64,000 nucleotides of DNA from Dehalococcoidia bacterium (GCA_963663895.2 CAXXRD010000002.1:744484-808483), one strand, 5' to 3'. Counted from the first letter of the stretch, positions 39,234-52,940 are shown. Numbers and translations are program-made. Notes: generated by a model from the letters alone, not told the origin.

Positions 39234-40253
39234 ATGGAAGCTGTCACCGATCGCCGTGCCGGAATCCTTCGGCTCGTCGTCCGCGAGTACGTCGACACGG
39301 CAACGCCGGTCGGCTCCAAGACCATCCGCGAGAAGTATGAACTCTCCGCTTCGGCGGCCACGATTCGCAGCGAGATGCAGGCGCTCGAGTCCGACGGATT
39401 CCTCACCCATCCCTACACTTCCGCGGGCCGCATCCCCTCCGACCTCGGCTACCGCTCCTACGTCGAGTCGCTGATGGGACCGGTCGAGTTGGCGGCGGAA
39501 GAGAAGGCGACGATTCGTCACCAGTTTTACCAGGCCGCCCCGGAACTCGATGAGTGGGCCAAGCTGGCGGCCGTGCTTCTGGCTCGATCATTGGGTCTGG
39601 TGGCGATTGTAACCCCTCCCCGATCCGACGACCTGCGGGTGCGCCGCGTGGAACTCGTTTCACTCAAGGACCTGCTCGCGCTTCTGATCGTGGTGTTGCG
39701 TGAAGCCCGCGTTCTCAAGCAACTCGTACCGCTCGAATCTCCGGCCGATCAGAGCCAGCTCAACAGCGCGGGCAACCATCTCAACGCACGCCTCGTTGGC
39801 AAGAGCCTCCGCGAGATCCGCCGCCACTCACCAGCCGAAGGGCTCGAGGGTGGGATCGAGCGGTCGATAGCGCAGCTGCTTGAGATCGAATCGCAGCGGG
39901 AGATGGGTGCGTATATCGAAGGCTTGAGCGGCGTCCTGGAGCAGCCGGAGTTTCAGCAAAACCGCGATGATTTCATTGATGTGATTCGCTTGATCGACGC
40001 ACGTTCGGTGGATCAGCTCATGCCCCCGGCGACGCTTGAGAACAGCGGCGTCAGCGTCGTGATCGGCGAGGAGCATCCGATCCGGGCGATGCAGCACTGC
40101 TCGGTCGTCATGACGCCCTACTCGGCGCGCTCCGGGATCTCGGGTTTCGTCGGGGTGTTGGGCCCGACACGCCTGCAGTACGGGCGCGCCGTGGCGCGCG
40201 TGCGCTACTTCAGCAGCCTGCTCGACGAACTGATGCTCGAGATCTACGGATAA
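39234..40253 (+). CDS. hrcA: Heat-inducible transcription repressor
   Basis: PVGSK, ATIRSEM, PYTSAGRIPSDLGYR, GVLGPTRLQY. Confidence 0.97.
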   Translation: MEAVTDRRAGILRLVVREYVDTATPVGSKTIREKYELSASAATIRSEMQALESDGFLTHPYTSAGRIPSDLGYRSYVESLMGPVELAAEEKATIRHQFYQAAPELDEWAKLAAVLLARSLGLVAIVTPPRSDDLRVRRVELVSLKDLLALLIVVLREARVLKQLVPLESPADQSQLNSAGNHLNARLVGKSLREIRRHSPAEGLEGGIERSIAQLLEIESQREMGAYIEGLSGVLEQPEFQQNRDDFIDVIRLIDARSVDQLMPPATLENSGVSVVIGEEHPIRAMQHCSVVMTPYSARSGISGFVGVLGPTRLQYGRAVARVRYFSSLLDELMLEIYG

Positions 40254-40317
40254 CGGGCCATGTCTGTTGAACGCCCTCGGGTCGCCCTCCACGCCCGAGC
40301 CAATTGAGAGCAGCGTG

Positions 40318-42868
<2,551 letters not shown>

Positions 42869-42968
42869 CTTCGGCAGCTTCGCGCGACGCGTCCGGTCGC
42901 TGTGGGCTCGCAAGGGTAGACTAGGGCATTAGCCCAAGCGGGAAGCGGGTTCCGCAGACGGGAGACCT

Positions 42969-44075
42969 ATGGCGACGGTACCCAAGCGCGACTTTTACGA
43001 GATCCTGGGCGTGCCGCGCGATTGCAGCAACGAGCAGCTCAAGAGCGCCTTCCGCAAGCTCGCTATGGAGTACCACCCGGACCGCAATCCCGATCCGGCG
43101 GCGGCGGAACGCTTCAAGGAGATCGGCGCAGCCTATGAGGTGCTCTCCGACCCGGAGAAGCGCCGCAGATACGACCGCTTCGGCAGCGCCGAATTCAGCG
43201 CGGGCTTCGAGGGCTTCGACTTCGGGGGCTTCGGCGACATCTTCGACGCCTTCTTCGGCGGGCGCCGTGCCGACGGTCCCGTCCGGGGTGTCGATCTGCA
43301 GGTGCAGCTCGAGCTCGACTTTGCGGAGGCGGTCTTCGGCGCGCAGAAGGAGCTCGCCATCAGCCGCCAGGAGACGTGCACCGCCTGTCGCGGCGACGGG
43401 GCGGAACCCGGCACCGATCGAATCGCTTGCCCGCAGTGCGGCGGCGCCGGCGAGATTCGGCGGGCCCAACGCAGCGTCTTCGGTCAGTTCGTCAACGTGG
43501 CGACTTGCGACCGCTGCGAGGGTCTCGGATCGATCGTCTCACGCCCGTGCCGGACTTGTGGCGGCGTCGGGCGCGAGCAACGGAATCGCCGGATCAAGGT
43601 CAAAGTTCCCGCTGGCATCGCCGACGGCGCGCGCCTCCGCTTCGCTGAAGAAGGCGGAGCCGGTAGCCGCGGCGGTACGCCCGGCCATCTCTACGTCGAT
43701 CTCCGCGTGCGCCCGCACCCCGTGTTCGCTCGGGAAGGCGACGACCTCGTGCTCGATCTGCCGCTCAGCCTGGCGCAGGCGGCGCTCGGAGCCGAGATCG
43801 AGGTCCCCACGCTCGATGGCGACAGCGTGCCGCTGCAGGTTCGCTCCGGGACGCAGCACGGACAGGCCTTCCGTTTGCGTGGGCATGGCGTCCCGCGCGC
43901 TCGCGCCCGCGCCCGTGGCGACCTCGTCGTGCGCGCGCAGCTCCACGTTCCGACAAAGCTCACCGAGGAACAGCGCGCGCTCTTCGAACGTCTGGATGAG
44001 ACACTCGGGTCGCCGACGAAGGACGGGCACGAAACCGGCTTCTTCTCGCGCATCCGCGATGCCTTCAGCGCCTGA
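42969..44075 (+). CDS. dnaJ: Chaperone DnaJ
   Basis: HPD J-domain, G/F region, four CxxCxGxG repeats. Confidence 0.98.
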   Translation: MATVPKRDFYEILGVPRDCSNEQLKSAFRKLAMEYHPDRNPDPAAAERFKEIGAAYEVLSDPEKRRRYDRFGSAEFSAGFEGFDFGGFGDIFDAFFGGRRADGPVRGVDLQVQLELDFAEAVFGAQKELAISRQETCTACRGDGAEPGTDRIACPQCGGAGEIRRAQRSVFGQFVNVATCDRCEGLGSIVSRPCRTCGGVGREQRNRRIKVKVPAGIADGARLRFAEEGGAGSRGGTPGHLYVDLRVRPHPVFAREGDDLVLDLPLSLAQAALGAEIEVPTLDGDSVPLQVRSGTQHGQAFRLRGHGVPRARARARGDLVVRAQLHVPTKLTEEQRALFERLDETLGSPTKDGHETGFFSRIRDAFSA

Positions 44076-45096
44076 CGACCCGATCGCTCCTCCTCCGGCC
44101 GCTGCCCCATCCACTGGCCCGCTGGTCGAGGTGTGGCTGGAGGTCGCTGCGGCGGAGAGCGAGCTGGCAGCGGCGATACTGGAGCGCGTCGCGCCTGCGG
44201 GGGTCGCGATCGCGCTTCCCTTCAAGCAGGATCCCGACTGCGGCGAGGCAGCGCTCTCGCCGCAGGGGCGGGCCCGCGTCAGCTGCTACCTTCCGGCTTC
44301 CTCTTGGCCGGAACTGCGTCCTACCGTCGCGGCGCTGGTGGCGGCTACCCCATGGCTCGGCGCGCCGGCTCAAGTGCGCGCGACGCCCCTTCCCGGCCGT
44401 GACTGGTCGACTGCCTGGCACGCCCACGTGCAAGTGCAGCGGTTCGGCCGTCTCGTCCTGCGGCCCACGCCCTGTGACTACGCGACGCGAGCGGACGAGG
44501 TCGTTGTTCACTTAGAGCCCGGCTTGGCCTTCGGCAGCGGGTCGCACGAGAGCACGCGCCTCGCCTTGATCGCGTTGGAGCGCTGGCTCCAGCCAGCCGC
44601 CAGCGCGCTTGATCTCGGCACCGGATCCGGCGTGCTCGCCTGCGCCGCTGCTCGCCTCGGCGCTTCCCATGTGGATGCCGTCGATATCGACCCCCTGGCG
44701 GTCGCCGCCGCCCGCCGCAACGCGCGGCTCAATGGGGTGGCGGGCGGCTTGGTGGCTGTGCAGCTCGGCGATCGTCCTCCCCCCGATGGAAGCTACGATT
44801 TCGTCGTCGCGAATCTCACCGCTCTTGCCCTCGTGGCGTTGGCGGGCGCCTTGACCAAGGCGACTCGCCCTGGCGGGATCTGTGTCGTCGCCGGCGTGAT
44901 CGATCAGCAGGAAGCGCGAGTAGCGCGGGCGCTGCGCGCCGCCGGCCTTGAGCCGCAGGAAACGCTTCGCGAAGGAGAATGGCGGGCGATCCAGTCGGTG
45001 CGGCCGGCGGCTGGGTGCCGGCGCCCCTCTCAGGGTCCGGAGTCACCGATTGCGAAATCCGGGTCCAGCGCGCCCTCCGGGTCGGGGATCTCCTGA
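44059..45096 (+). CDS. prmA: Ribosomal protein L11 methyltransferase
   Basis: LEPGLAFGSGSHESTRL, LDLGTGSGVL, DIDP, VVAN; lies downstream of dnaJ. Confidence 0.92.
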   Translation: MPSAPDDPIAPPPAAAPSTGPLVEVWLEVAAAESELAAAILERVAPAGVAIALPFKQDPDCGEAALSPQGRARVSCYLPASSWPELRPTVAALVAATPWLGAPAQVRATPLPGRDWSTAWHAHVQVQRFGRLVLRPTPCDYATRADEVVVHLEPGLAFGSGSHESTRLALIALERWLQPAASALDLGTGSGVLACAAARLGASHVDAVDIDPLAVAAARRNARLNGVAGGLVAVQLGDRPPPDGSYDFVVANLTALALVALAGALTKATRPGGICVVAGVIDQQEARVARALRAAGLEPQETLREGEWRAIQSVRPAAGCRRPSQGPESPIAKSGSSAPSGSGIS

Positions 45097-46121
45097 TCCC
45101 GGATCCATTGCGCCGGGTTCACCGGGATGCCGTGCACCACGATCTCCCAGTGCAGGTGCGGCCCCGTCGCGAGGCCCGTGGCGCCGATCGACCCCAGCGG
45201 ATCGCCGGTCACGACGACCGTTCCCTCGGTCACGAGGACTTCCGAGAGGTGATAGTAGCCCGAGTGCACGCCGCCCCCGTGGTCGACGATGACGCTGTTG
45301 CCGCGCCTCTGCGTCCGCCCCACCCACGCCACCACGCCCGCGTTAGGGGCGAGCACCGGATCGCCGTGGTCTCCGGCAAAGTCGAGGCCGCTGTGATACT
45401 CGGTCGGCTCCCGGAAGTTGTACGAGCGCAGGAGCCCGAAGCTTGACGTGATCACGCCGGCCGCCGGCTGGTCGAAGAGGCCACTCCAGTGCCGCTCCGG
45501 AGTCAACGCCCGCTGTGCCGCGTCCCGGACCTCTTGGTCTTGCCCGATCACGGCCGGGTCGAGCAGCGCTTGGTTGCTCTCGTCGAGTTGAATAACCTCC
45601 GTCGCCACGGTCGCCTCCGTGACCGTGATGGTCGTCTCGCGGCGTAGCGCCTGCCGGCCCGCATTGTCCGCCACCGCGATCACGAGGGGGATCGGCCCCG
45701 GGGGCGTCCGCGCCTCGACCGGGAGGATCGCGAACAGCCGGTCGCCCTCGCGAAGCAGTGTGAAGATCTCACCGTCGTACGCGACGGAGGCGAACCCGGC
45801 GCCCGGCGCGTCGACGGCAACCAGAAACGCGTACCCCTGGGTGACGTCATGCGGGACGACGTAGATCAGGGGATCCGTCTCGAGCACCGCCTCTGGCTCG
45901 GTGGGACCCAACTGCACGACTGCCTGCGGCGGCGGCTCTGTCGTCGGCGCGCCGTCGCCGGCAGGGGCCGCGCTGCTTGCGGGGGCAAGGCCCTCCATCT
46001 GCGCGACCGCTTCCTCGGGAGTGGCGCCGTCGCCGCAGCCGACGGCGAACCCGGCCAGCGCAAACAGGAGCACGAGCGCCGCTGAGCGGCCGCAACCCAG
46101 CCGGCGGGGGCCAGAAATCAT
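45030..46121 (-). CDS. M23 family peptidase, probable lipoprotein
   Basis: Lipobox AVGC, HSGLD, YYHL, TGPHLH. Confidence 0.9.
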   Translation of the reverse strand: MISGPRRLGCGRSAALVLLFALAGFAVGCGDGATPEEAVAQMEGLAPASSAAPAGDGAPTTEPPPQAVVQLGPTEPEAVLETDPLIYVVPHDVTQGYAFLVAVDAPGAGFASVAYDGEIFTLLREGDRLFAILPVEARTPPGPIPLVIAVADNAGRQALRRETTITVTEATVATEVIQLDESNQALLDPAVIGQDQEVRDAAQRALTPERHWSGLFDQPAAGVITSSFGLLRSYNFREPTEYHSGLDFAGDHGDPVLAPNAGVVAWVGRTQRRGNSVIVDHGGGVHSGYYHLSEVLVTEGTVVVTGDPLGSIGATGLATGPHLHWEIVVHGIPVNPAQWIRDQEIPDPEGALDPDFAIGDSGP

Positions 46122-46241
46122 TCGCATAGTGTACGGCTGCTATCCGGCAGCGTCTGGCTCGGCTCGCTATCCTCGTTCTGCCTGGCGGCGCGACATGGGC
46201 GCTGCGCGTTCCTTGGCGGGCGGAGACAGGCGGAGGAGCCA

Positions 46242-47195
46242 GTGAACGACCCGCAAGGAGATATCAGACGGATTGCCCAGAACATCGAGCGGGTGATTTT
46301 GGGAAAGAGCCGCGAGGTCCAACTGGCGACGATCGCGCTCGTCAGCAACGGCCACCTCTTGATCGAGGACGTTCCCGGAACCGGCAAGACGATGCTGGCC
46401 CGCGCGCTCGCGATCTCCACCGGCTGCACCTTCACTCGCGTGCAGTTCACGCCGGACTTGCTGCCCTCGGACGTTACCGGCGTCTCGATCTACAACCAGA
46501 AGCACGGGGATTTCGAATGGCGGCCGGGGCCCGTCGTCGCGCAGGTCGTGCTGGCCGACGAGATCAACCGCGCGACGCCCAAAACCCAATCGGCCTTGCT
46601 GGAGGCCATGGAGGAGCGGCAGGTGACCGTGGACGGCGTGACCCGGCCGTTGCCGCAGCCCTTCATGGTCATGGCCACCCAGAATCCCGTGGAGTACGAG
46701 GGCACCTTCCCGCTCCCCGAGGCGCAGCTGGACCGCTTCCTCCTTCGATTGCGCCTCGGCTACCCCGACCAAGCCGATGAGGTGGCGGTGCTGGAGGGTC
46801 AGCAGGAGCGTCACCCCATCGGCGATCTGCAGCCCGTGATAGCGCCCGAGCGGATCCTCGATCTGCAGGCGGCGGTGCGGAGCATCTGGGTCGATCCGCT
46901 CATCAAGCAGTACATCGTCGAGATCGCGGGCGGCACCCGCAGCCACCCGGCGGTGTTTCTCGGCGCTTCGCCGCGCGGCTCGCTGGCGCTCTTCCGTTGC
47001 GCCCAGGCCCAGGCGCTCATCGCGGGGCGCGACTACGTCACCCCCGATGACGTCAAGGAGCTGGCGCCGTTCGCCCTGGGCCACCGGATCATCGTCAGCC
47101 CCACCGCGCAGGCACGTGAGACCGACGCCGCCACGGTCGTCCAGGAGACGCTGCAGCGGGTACCGGTGCCGGGCGCGCGCGCAGGCACACGGTGA
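46242..47195 (+). CDS. MoxR family AAA+ ATPase
   Basis: [33 protein letters not shown]. Confidence 0.97.
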   Translation: MNDPQGDIRRIAQNIERVILGKSREVQLATIALVSNGHLLIEDVPGTGKTMLARALAISTGCTFTRVQFTPDLLPSDVTGVSIYNQKHGDFEWRPGPVVAQVVLADEINRATPKTQSALLEAMEERQVTVDGVTRPLPQPFMVMATQNPVEYEGTFPLPEAQLDRFLLRLRLGYPDQADEVAVLEGQQERHPIGDLQPVIAPERILDLQAAVRSIWVDPLIKQYIVEIAGGTRSHPAVFLGASPRGSLALFRCAQAQALIAGRDYVTPDDVKELAPFALGHRIIVSPTAQARETDAATVVQETLQRVPVPGARAGTR

Positions 47196-48463
47196 TCCGA
47201 TTCCCCTGGCGCCTGCTACGGGCGGGCTACCGGGCGACACTGGGCCGGCGACGCATGCTCACCGGCGTCGTGCTGGCGCTGGTGCTGGCGCTGGTGCTGG
47301 CGTTCATCTCCAACTTCTGGTTGCCGTTTCGGATCGGCTACGTGTTGCTGTTCGCGCTGATGGCGGGCGCCTTGTGGACCTGGCTGCACACGCAGGGGCT
47401 GCGCGTCCGGCGCGACCTGGCGCAGACGCGGCTCACAGCCGGCGACTCGCTCTTGGAGCGCATCGAGATCGCCAACCGGCTGCGTCTCCCCAAGCTCTGG
47501 CTGGAGGTGCGCTCCGTGTCGGATCTGCCGCGCGAGCACGGGGGCCGCGTGGTCTCGCTGGGGTCGCGCGCCCGGCGAGCTTGGGAGGTCGCGACCGTCT
47601 GTCCGCGCCGCGGCCTGTTCACGCTTGGGCCGGTGACGGTTCGCGTCTCCGACCCCTTCGACCTCTTCCACTGGGAGCGGCGCTTCGGCCGCCAGCAGGA
47701 GATCATGGTCTATCCGCGCGCCCTGGAGCTGCCGGGATACGCGATACCGCCGGCCAGCCTGCCCGGCGAGGGGCGCTATCGCCGCCGCGCGCACTACGTC
47801 ACCCCCAACGCCGCCGGCGTGCGCGAGTACCAGTCGGGCGACGCGCTCAACCGCATTCATTGGCCGAGCACGGTCCGCACCGGAGAGCTGATGGTCAAGA
47901 CCTTCGAGTTCGACCCCGCTTCGCACGTCTGGGTGGTCCTCGACATGGACGCGCGCGTCCAGGCCGGCAGCGGCGACGAGTCGACCACGGAATACGCGGT
48001 CACGGTCGCGGCCTCCCTGGTCCGCCACTTCCTCGCCCAGAGCCGGGCCGTGGGGCTGCTCACCTTCTCGGATGGCTTGCTCATGCTTGAGCCGGATCGC
48101 GGCGGCTCCCAGCTCACCTCCATGCTGGAGCTGCTGGCCGTCGTCCAGCCCGTCGGCGATGTTGGCCTCGGCTCCCTCCTGCTGCACTATGGTCATCATT
48201 GGGGCCGGCAGACCACGCTGATCGCGGTCACCTCGTCGGTCGAACGCCGCTGGGCGCATGCCTTGCGGGCCCTGCGGCTCCGGGGAGTCCGCACCGCGGC
48301 CACGCTGATCGAGGCGGAGTCCTTCGGCGGGCCCGCGGGCGCCGCCGCTTTGCGGAGCGAGCTGCTCGCCAACCAGATCGCCGCGACCCGCGTCCGCCGG
48401 GGCGACGACATTCCGGCGGCGCTGTCCCGTACCGCCGGCCGGCCGCTGGCGGCCGCGCCCTAG
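47192..48463 (+). CDS. DUF58 domain membrane protein
   Basis: [17 protein letters not shown]...IHW, LMVKTFE. Confidence 0.92.
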   Translation: MIRFPWRLLRAGYRATLGRRRMLTGVVLALVLALVLAFISNFWLPFRIGYVLLFALMAGALWTWLHTQGLRVRRDLAQTRLTAGDSLLERIEIANRLRLPKLWLEVRSVSDLPREHGGRVVSLGSRARRAWEVATVCPRRGLFTLGPVTVRVSDPFDLFHWERRFGRQQEIMVYPRALELPGYAIPPASLPGEGRYRRRAHYVTPNAAGVREYQSGDALNRIHWPSTVRTGELMVKTFEFDPASHVWVVLDMDARVQAGSGDESTTEYAVTVAASLVRHFLAQSRAVGLLTFSDGLLMLEPDRGGSQLTSMLELLAVVQPVGDVGLGSLLLHYGHHWGRQTTLIAVTSSVERRWAHALRALRLRGVRTAATLIEAESFGGPAGAAALRSELLANQIAATRVRRGDDIPAALSRTAGRPLAAAP

Positions 48464-48465
48464 CC

Positions 48466-51126
48466 ATGCGGGGGCCCGTGCGGGAAGAGGTGCGGGCGCC
48501 GGCGCCGCGCGCCCGCACCGGGGCCGCGGCCGTCGCCATCCGTGGCCTGGCCGAGCGGGCCGTCACCGCCGCCCTGCTGGCGATCCTCCTGCTCGCCGTT
48601 GCCGACAGCATCGTGGAGGCCGGGTGGGTGGAGGAGATGCCCGAGCTGCGGCTCCTGGTGGTGCTGGCGCTGGGATGCGCCCTGCTGCTGGCCCCCCTGC
48701 GCGCGCATTGGCTGCCTCTGCTGGGCGCGGGCCTGCTCGCCGGGGCGATCGTCGTCCTCTGGCAGGTGCTGAGCCTGGGCTCCATCGATCAGCAGCCCCT
48801 CTTCTGGGAGCGCTTCCAGGACCTGGGGGCGAGGCTCGATGACTGGTTCCGGCAGGCGTTCAGCTCCGGCATCGCGACGGGCAACCTGCCCTTCGTGCTG
48901 TTCGTCGCCGCCGCGCTCTGGGGCGCGGCCTTCCTGGGGTCGTTCCTCATGCTGCGCCGGCGCAACGCCTGGCCCGTGATCCTGGCCGGCGCCGCCCTGA
49001 TCGCCGTCAACCTCGCCTATGCCGGCGGCGATCAGTGGGACGCGAACTTCGGCGTCTTCCTGGGGGCGGCCGTGGTGCTGGCCCTGCGCGCCCACCTCTG
49101 GCGGCGCTTCGCCCGCTTGCGCGACCAGGGCTCGGAGGTCCCGGTGCAGATGAGCTGGCACGCCCTGGTCGTGGGGGTCCTGCTGGCGGCGCTGCTGGTG
49201 GGCGGCAGCCGCGCCGCCCCGCGCCCGGACGAGTCCGGGGCGCTCGTCAGCATCTGGGACCGCGCCACCGATCCCTTCGTTGGCCTGGCCGACGAGGTCG
49301 ACCGCCTCTTCACCGCGCTGGGCTCCGGCCGGACGCCGCCGCTGCACTCCTTCGGGGAAGGCTTCGCCCTGCAGGCCGAGATCGATCCCGGGGGAAGCGT
49401 CGTGGTGCAGGTGGAGACGTCCGAGACGGGCTTGCTGCGCGGATCGTCGTACGATCGCTATACCGGCCAGGGCTGGACGCAGAGCCAGGCCCGGCCGGCG
49501 TCCGTGCCCGCCGGAGAGCCGCTCCCGGTCGATCCGCCGGCGGGCGCCTTCGGCTACGCCGCCCGGCGCGAGGTGACGAGCCTGATCTCGGTCGCGCGCT
49601 CCCCGCGCGTCTACTTCAGCGTGGGGCAGCCGCTGGTCCTGGACGACGAGGCGGAGGCCGTGCAGATCGGCGAGACGGTGGTGCGGGTCGAGGTCGGCAA
49701 TCCCCGCGTCCCCAGCGTCGCGCCCGACCTGGCCCGGGCGCTGCGGGAGATCAGCATCCTCCAGGAGCGCGGCGAGCTCTCCGACCTCGCCGCCCTTAGC
49801 CTCCTCCCCCCCGGCTACGAGGTCCTGGAGATCGAGCGCGGCTTCGGCGGCATCGCCGCCTTCGTCCTTCGCAGCGCCCCCGTGGCGCCGGACGTCCTGG
49901 CCCTGCGATCGCTCGGCCGCATCCACGCCGGCAGCGAGTACGCCGTCCGGGGCTCCGTGTCGGACGCGACCGAGGACGAGCTGCGGACGGCGGGCCGCGC
50001 CTATCCGCAGTGGGTGCTGTCACGCAATCTGCAGCTCCCGGCCGAGCTGACGGACGAGGCGTTCGCGCGTCTGCAAGCGCTGGCCCTAGCCCTCACCTCG
50101 GCGGCCCGGACCCCGTACGACGCGGCCGTGGCCCTGGAGTCGCATCTCTGCTGCCAGCCCCGCGTCGGCCCCAGCGGCCGGCCGATCCGCGACGCCAGCG
50201 GCCGGCCGGTTCCCCTCTACCCCTTCAATCCGCTGATCCCGCCGTCCCCGGCCGAGACGGACGCGGTGAGCTGGTTCCTGTTCGAGTTCCGGGACGAGCG
50301 TGGCTTTCCCCTGGGCGGCTACTACGACTACCACGCCAGCGCCATGGCGGTCCTCCTGCGCAGCCTGGGCATTCCGGCGCGCATCAGCACCGGCTTCGTG
50401 CTCAACGAGGGCAACTTCGACGCGGGCAGCCGCTCCTTCGTCGTGCGCGCGCGGCACGCCTACACCTGGGTCGAGGTGTTCTTCCCCGGCTACGGCTGGG
50501 TCGACTTCGACCCCACGCCCTCCGGGACGGGAGCGGCCTTCACCGAGATCCAAGGCCGGCGGCTGGGCGCACAGCGCCTCCCGCCCCTGGATCCGGCCGC
50601 GGACGTCTCCTCCGCCAACCCCGACCCCCGCCTGGGCGGCTTCTCGGCCATCCTGGACGACCTTGAGGGGCCCCCCGGCGTCACCGACCCCGAGGCGGCC
50701 GAGGAGGAGGCGCCGGCGGGCGGCTCCTCCCTCGTCTGGATCGCGCTGGCGGCCGTCCTGGGGACGCTCGCCGCGGGCGGCCTGGGCGGCCGGCTGGCCT
50801 GGGAGTGGTCGCTGCGCGGCCTCGGCCCGGCCGAGCGGAGCTGGGCCAGCCTGCACCGCCTCGCCCGCTGGGCCGGACTCGCGGGCGCCCCCAGCGCGAC
50901 GCCGTCCGAGTTCGCCGGGCGGCTGGACGCCCGCCTGCGCGCCCCCGGCGACGCCGGGCGCCTGGCGCGGCATTACGTGCGCGTGCGCTACGGCCGCGGC
51001 GTCCTGGACGCCGGCGAGCGCGATCAGGTGCGGCGCTCGTACCTGCGCCTGCGCGGCCTGCTGCTGCGGCGCATCCTGCGCGGCGCCGCCCGCCCGCGCC
51101 GTCCCTCGCTGCGCCGGTTTTTCTAG
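48466..51126 (+). CDS. TgpA-like membrane transglutaminase-domain protein with substituted catalytic residues
   Basis: N-terminal TM block; ASAMAVLLRSLGIPAR, WVEV.FPGYGW..FDPT; DUF4129-like C-terminal TP.EF...RYG. Confidence 0.9.
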   Translation: MRGPVREEVRAPAPRARTGAAAVAIRGLAERAVTAALLAILLLAVADSIVEAGWVEEMPELRLLVVLALGCALLLAPLRAHWLPLLGAGLLAGAIVVLWQVLSLGSIDQQPLFWERFQDLGARLDDWFRQAFSSGIATGNLPFVLFVAAALWGAAFLGSFLMLRRRNAWPVILAGAALIAVNLAYAGGDQWDANFGVFLGAAVVLALRAHLWRRFARLRDQGSEVPVQMSWHALVVGVLLAALLVGGSRAAPRPDESGALVSIWDRATDPFVGLADEVDRLFTALGSGRTPPLHSFGEGFALQAEIDPGGSVVVQVETSETGLLRGSSYDRYTGQGWTQSQARPASVPAGEPLPVDPPAGAFGYAARREVTSLISVARSPRVYFSVGQPLVLDDEAEAVQIGETVVRVEVGNPRVPSVAPDLARALREISILQERGELSDLAALSLLPPGYEVLEIERGFGGIAAFVLRSAPVAPDVLALRSLGRIHAGSEYAVRGSVSDATEDELRTAGRAYPQWVLSRNLQLPAELTDEAFARLQALALALTSAARTPYDAAVALESHLCCQPRVGPSGRPIRDASGRPVPLYPFNPLIPPSPAETDAVSWFLFEFRDERGFPLGGYYDYHASAMAVLLRSLGIPARISTGFVLNEGNFDAGSRSFVVRARHAYTWVEVFFPGYGWVDFDPTPSGTGAAFTEIQGRRLGAQRLPPLDPAADVSSANPDPRLGGFSAILDDLEGPPGVTDPEAAEEEAPAGGSSLVWIALAAVLGTLAAGGLGGRLAWEWSLRGLGPAERSWASLHRLARWAGLAGAPSATPSEFAGRLDARLRAPGDAGRLARHYVRVRYGRGVLDAGERDQVRRSYLRLRGLLLRRILRGAARPRRPSLRRFF

Positions 51127-51235
51127 CCCGTCGCTATAATCGGTTGGTCAAGTACGGCGGCGATCGGCCGGCTGCGATGGCGCGGTCGCGGCTGGGGCGG
51201 GGGCCAAGCGTCGCCTGAAGGGACCGAAGGCGATC

Positions 51236-51619
51236 GTGAAGCCGCTTCCCGCGCCGCCGCTCTGGATCGCCCTGGCGGCGATCATCCTCATCGGCGTCGC
51301 CTGCCGCGGGAGTTCCGACGGCGAGGTCCGCGAGGTCGTGGCCAAGCCGGAGGTGGTGGATGCGAGTGGCATGGTGCGCGAAGTCACGGTCGGGCCGGAG
51401 CGGGTGGACTGCGTCGGCGTGGGACCCCGGCTGTGCCTGGTCGTCGATGGTGGGCTCTTCTACGACGCGATCGACGGCTTCGACTACGAGGAGGGCTACC
51501 ATTACCGGCTCCGCATCGAGCAGTACGATGCCTGGCCGGGCCAGGAGGAGCCGCCGGCCGACGCGGGACGCTACGGCTACCGGCTGATCGAGCTCATCAG
51601 CAAGACCCCGGCGCGGTGA
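51236..51619 (+). CDS. DUF4377 family lipoprotein
   Basis: Lipobox VAC; CVGVGPRLCL, IDGFDYEEGYHYRLRI. Confidence 0.85.
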   Translation: MKPLPAPPLWIALAAIILIGVACRGSSDGEVREVVAKPEVVDASGMVREVTVGPERVDCVGVGPRLCLVVDGGLFYDAIDGFDYEEGYHYRLRIEQYDAWPGQEEPPADAGRYGYRLIELISKTPAR

Positions 51620-51665
51620 GGCCGCCGCCGGGGCCGGGAAGGCGGCCGGGAACGAGAGGTTCACA

Positions 51666-51908
51666 ATGAAGAAGGTGTTTATCGCTGGGGCGATCGGCCT
51701 GGTAGTCTCCCTCACCCTGCTGGGGAGCGCCGCACTGGCCCTGATGGCGCGGCTGGCGCTGCGGACGGCCCGGTCCGGCCCGCCGGGCGGCGCCAAGGAG
51801 GACGGGGAGCATTCGGCCTGCGGCTCGGCCTGCCGCTTCGCCGGCCAGGCCGTGCACTTCCTCGACGCGGCCCTGCGGCGCTTCCTCAGGGCGCGCACGG
51901 GAGGCTAG
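51666..51908 (+). CDS. Small hypothetical membrane protein
   Basis: GAGAGG RBS, MKK plus hydrophobic helix. Confidence 0.5.
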   Translation: MKKVFIAGAIGLVVSLTLLGSAALALMARLALRTARSGPPGGAKEDGEHSACGSACRFAGQAVHFLDAALRRFLRARTGG

Positions 51909-51988
51909 GGTTGGCGGCGGGAGCTCGCGAGCGACTGATGATGATCTCCGGATACCGTTCCCTAGGCCGTTCCCCCGCGATTCCGCTG

Positions 51989-52864
51989 ATGCGGCGGGCC
52001 GCGATCGCCCTGGCCGCCGTGGCGCTGGCGGGGCTCGCGGCCTGCTCGGACGGCGGCGAGCAACGGACCCTGTGGATCAGCGGCGTCCCCGACCAGGACG
52101 CCAGCCTGCTGGAGGCGCGCTTCACGGCCCTGGCCGAATACCTTGCCGAGGAGACCGGCCTGGACGTGCGCTACGTCCCCCACGAGAGCTACGCGGCCGT
52201 CGTCGACGCCTTCCGCGAGGGCGACGTGCACCTGGCCTGGTACGGCGGCCTCACCGGCGTCCAGGCCCGCCTGGCCGTCCCCGAGGCGGAGGCGATCGCC
52301 CAGCGCCCGCGCGACGCCGCTTTCCACTCCGTCTTCGTGGCCGCGCCGGACTCCGGCATCACGGATCTCGCCGGCCTGCGCGGTAGGACGCTGACCTTCG
52401 GCTCCGAGAGCTCCAACTCCGGCCACCTCATGCCCCGCTTCTTCCTGCGGGAGGCGGGCATCGCCGTGGAGCGGGACCTGGCCGCGATCGGGTTCAGCGG
52501 GTCGCACGACCGCACCTGGCGGCTCGTCGCGGACGGCGCCTTCGACGCTGGCGCCCTCAACGCGGTGGTCTGGGAGGCGCGCGCCGCCGCCGGGGAGGTG
52601 GATCGCGCCAAGGTGGAGGTCTTCTTCCGCACGCCGCCCTACGTGAACTACCACTGGGTCGTGAACCGCGCCGTCGACGCCAGCCACGGGGCGGGCACGG
52701 TGGACAAGCTGCGAGCCGCGCTCCTAGCCATTGACGCCTCGCGCGGCGGGCGGGCGCAGGCGATCGCCGAGGCCTTCCAGACCGACCGCTTCATCCCCAC
52801 GGCCAACGCAAACTACCGGCCGATCGAGGAGGTGGCGCGGGAGCTGGGGATCATCGGGCCGTAG
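51989..52864 (+). CDS. PhnD-like (putative selenate/phosphonate) ABC substrate-binding lipoprotein
   Basis: Lipobox LAAC; PDQ, WYGGLTGVQAR, TFGSESSNSGHLMP, SGSHD. Confidence 0.88.
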   Translation: MRRAAIALAAVALAGLAACSDGGEQRTLWISGVPDQDASLLEARFTALAEYLAEETGLDVRYVPHESYAAVVDAFREGDVHLAWYGGLTGVQARLAVPEAEAIAQRPRDAAFHSVFVAAPDSGITDLAGLRGRTLTFGSESSNSGHLMPRFFLREAGIAVERDLAAIGFSGSHDRTWRLVADGAFDAGALNAVVWEARAAAGEVDRAKVEVFFRTPPYVNYHWVVNRAVDASHGAGTVDKLRAALLAIDASRGGRAQAIAEAFQTDRFIPTANANYRPIEEVARELGIIGP

Positions 52865-52940
52865 CGGCGCGTTCGCGCCGCGGCCCGGCTGCCGCCTCTC
52901 GGCGCTATGATTCTGTTGGAGAGGGGAATAGGGGGCTCCG

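Noticed and set aside
43135-44058. Apparent long N-terminal extension of PrmA
   Set aside because: Out-of-frame overlap with dnaJ; PrmA similarity starts near 44059
45030-45096. 67-bp convergent overlap of prmA and the M23 peptidase
   Set aside because: Most simply explained by stop-codon drift in GC-rich DNA; the overlapping tails carry no conserved motifs
47271-47302. 12-bp tandem repeat in DUF58 (and a 6-bp GACCCG repeat in grpE at about 40642-40659)
   Set aside because: Short in-frame repeats encoding LVLA and DP; they cannot cause phase variation
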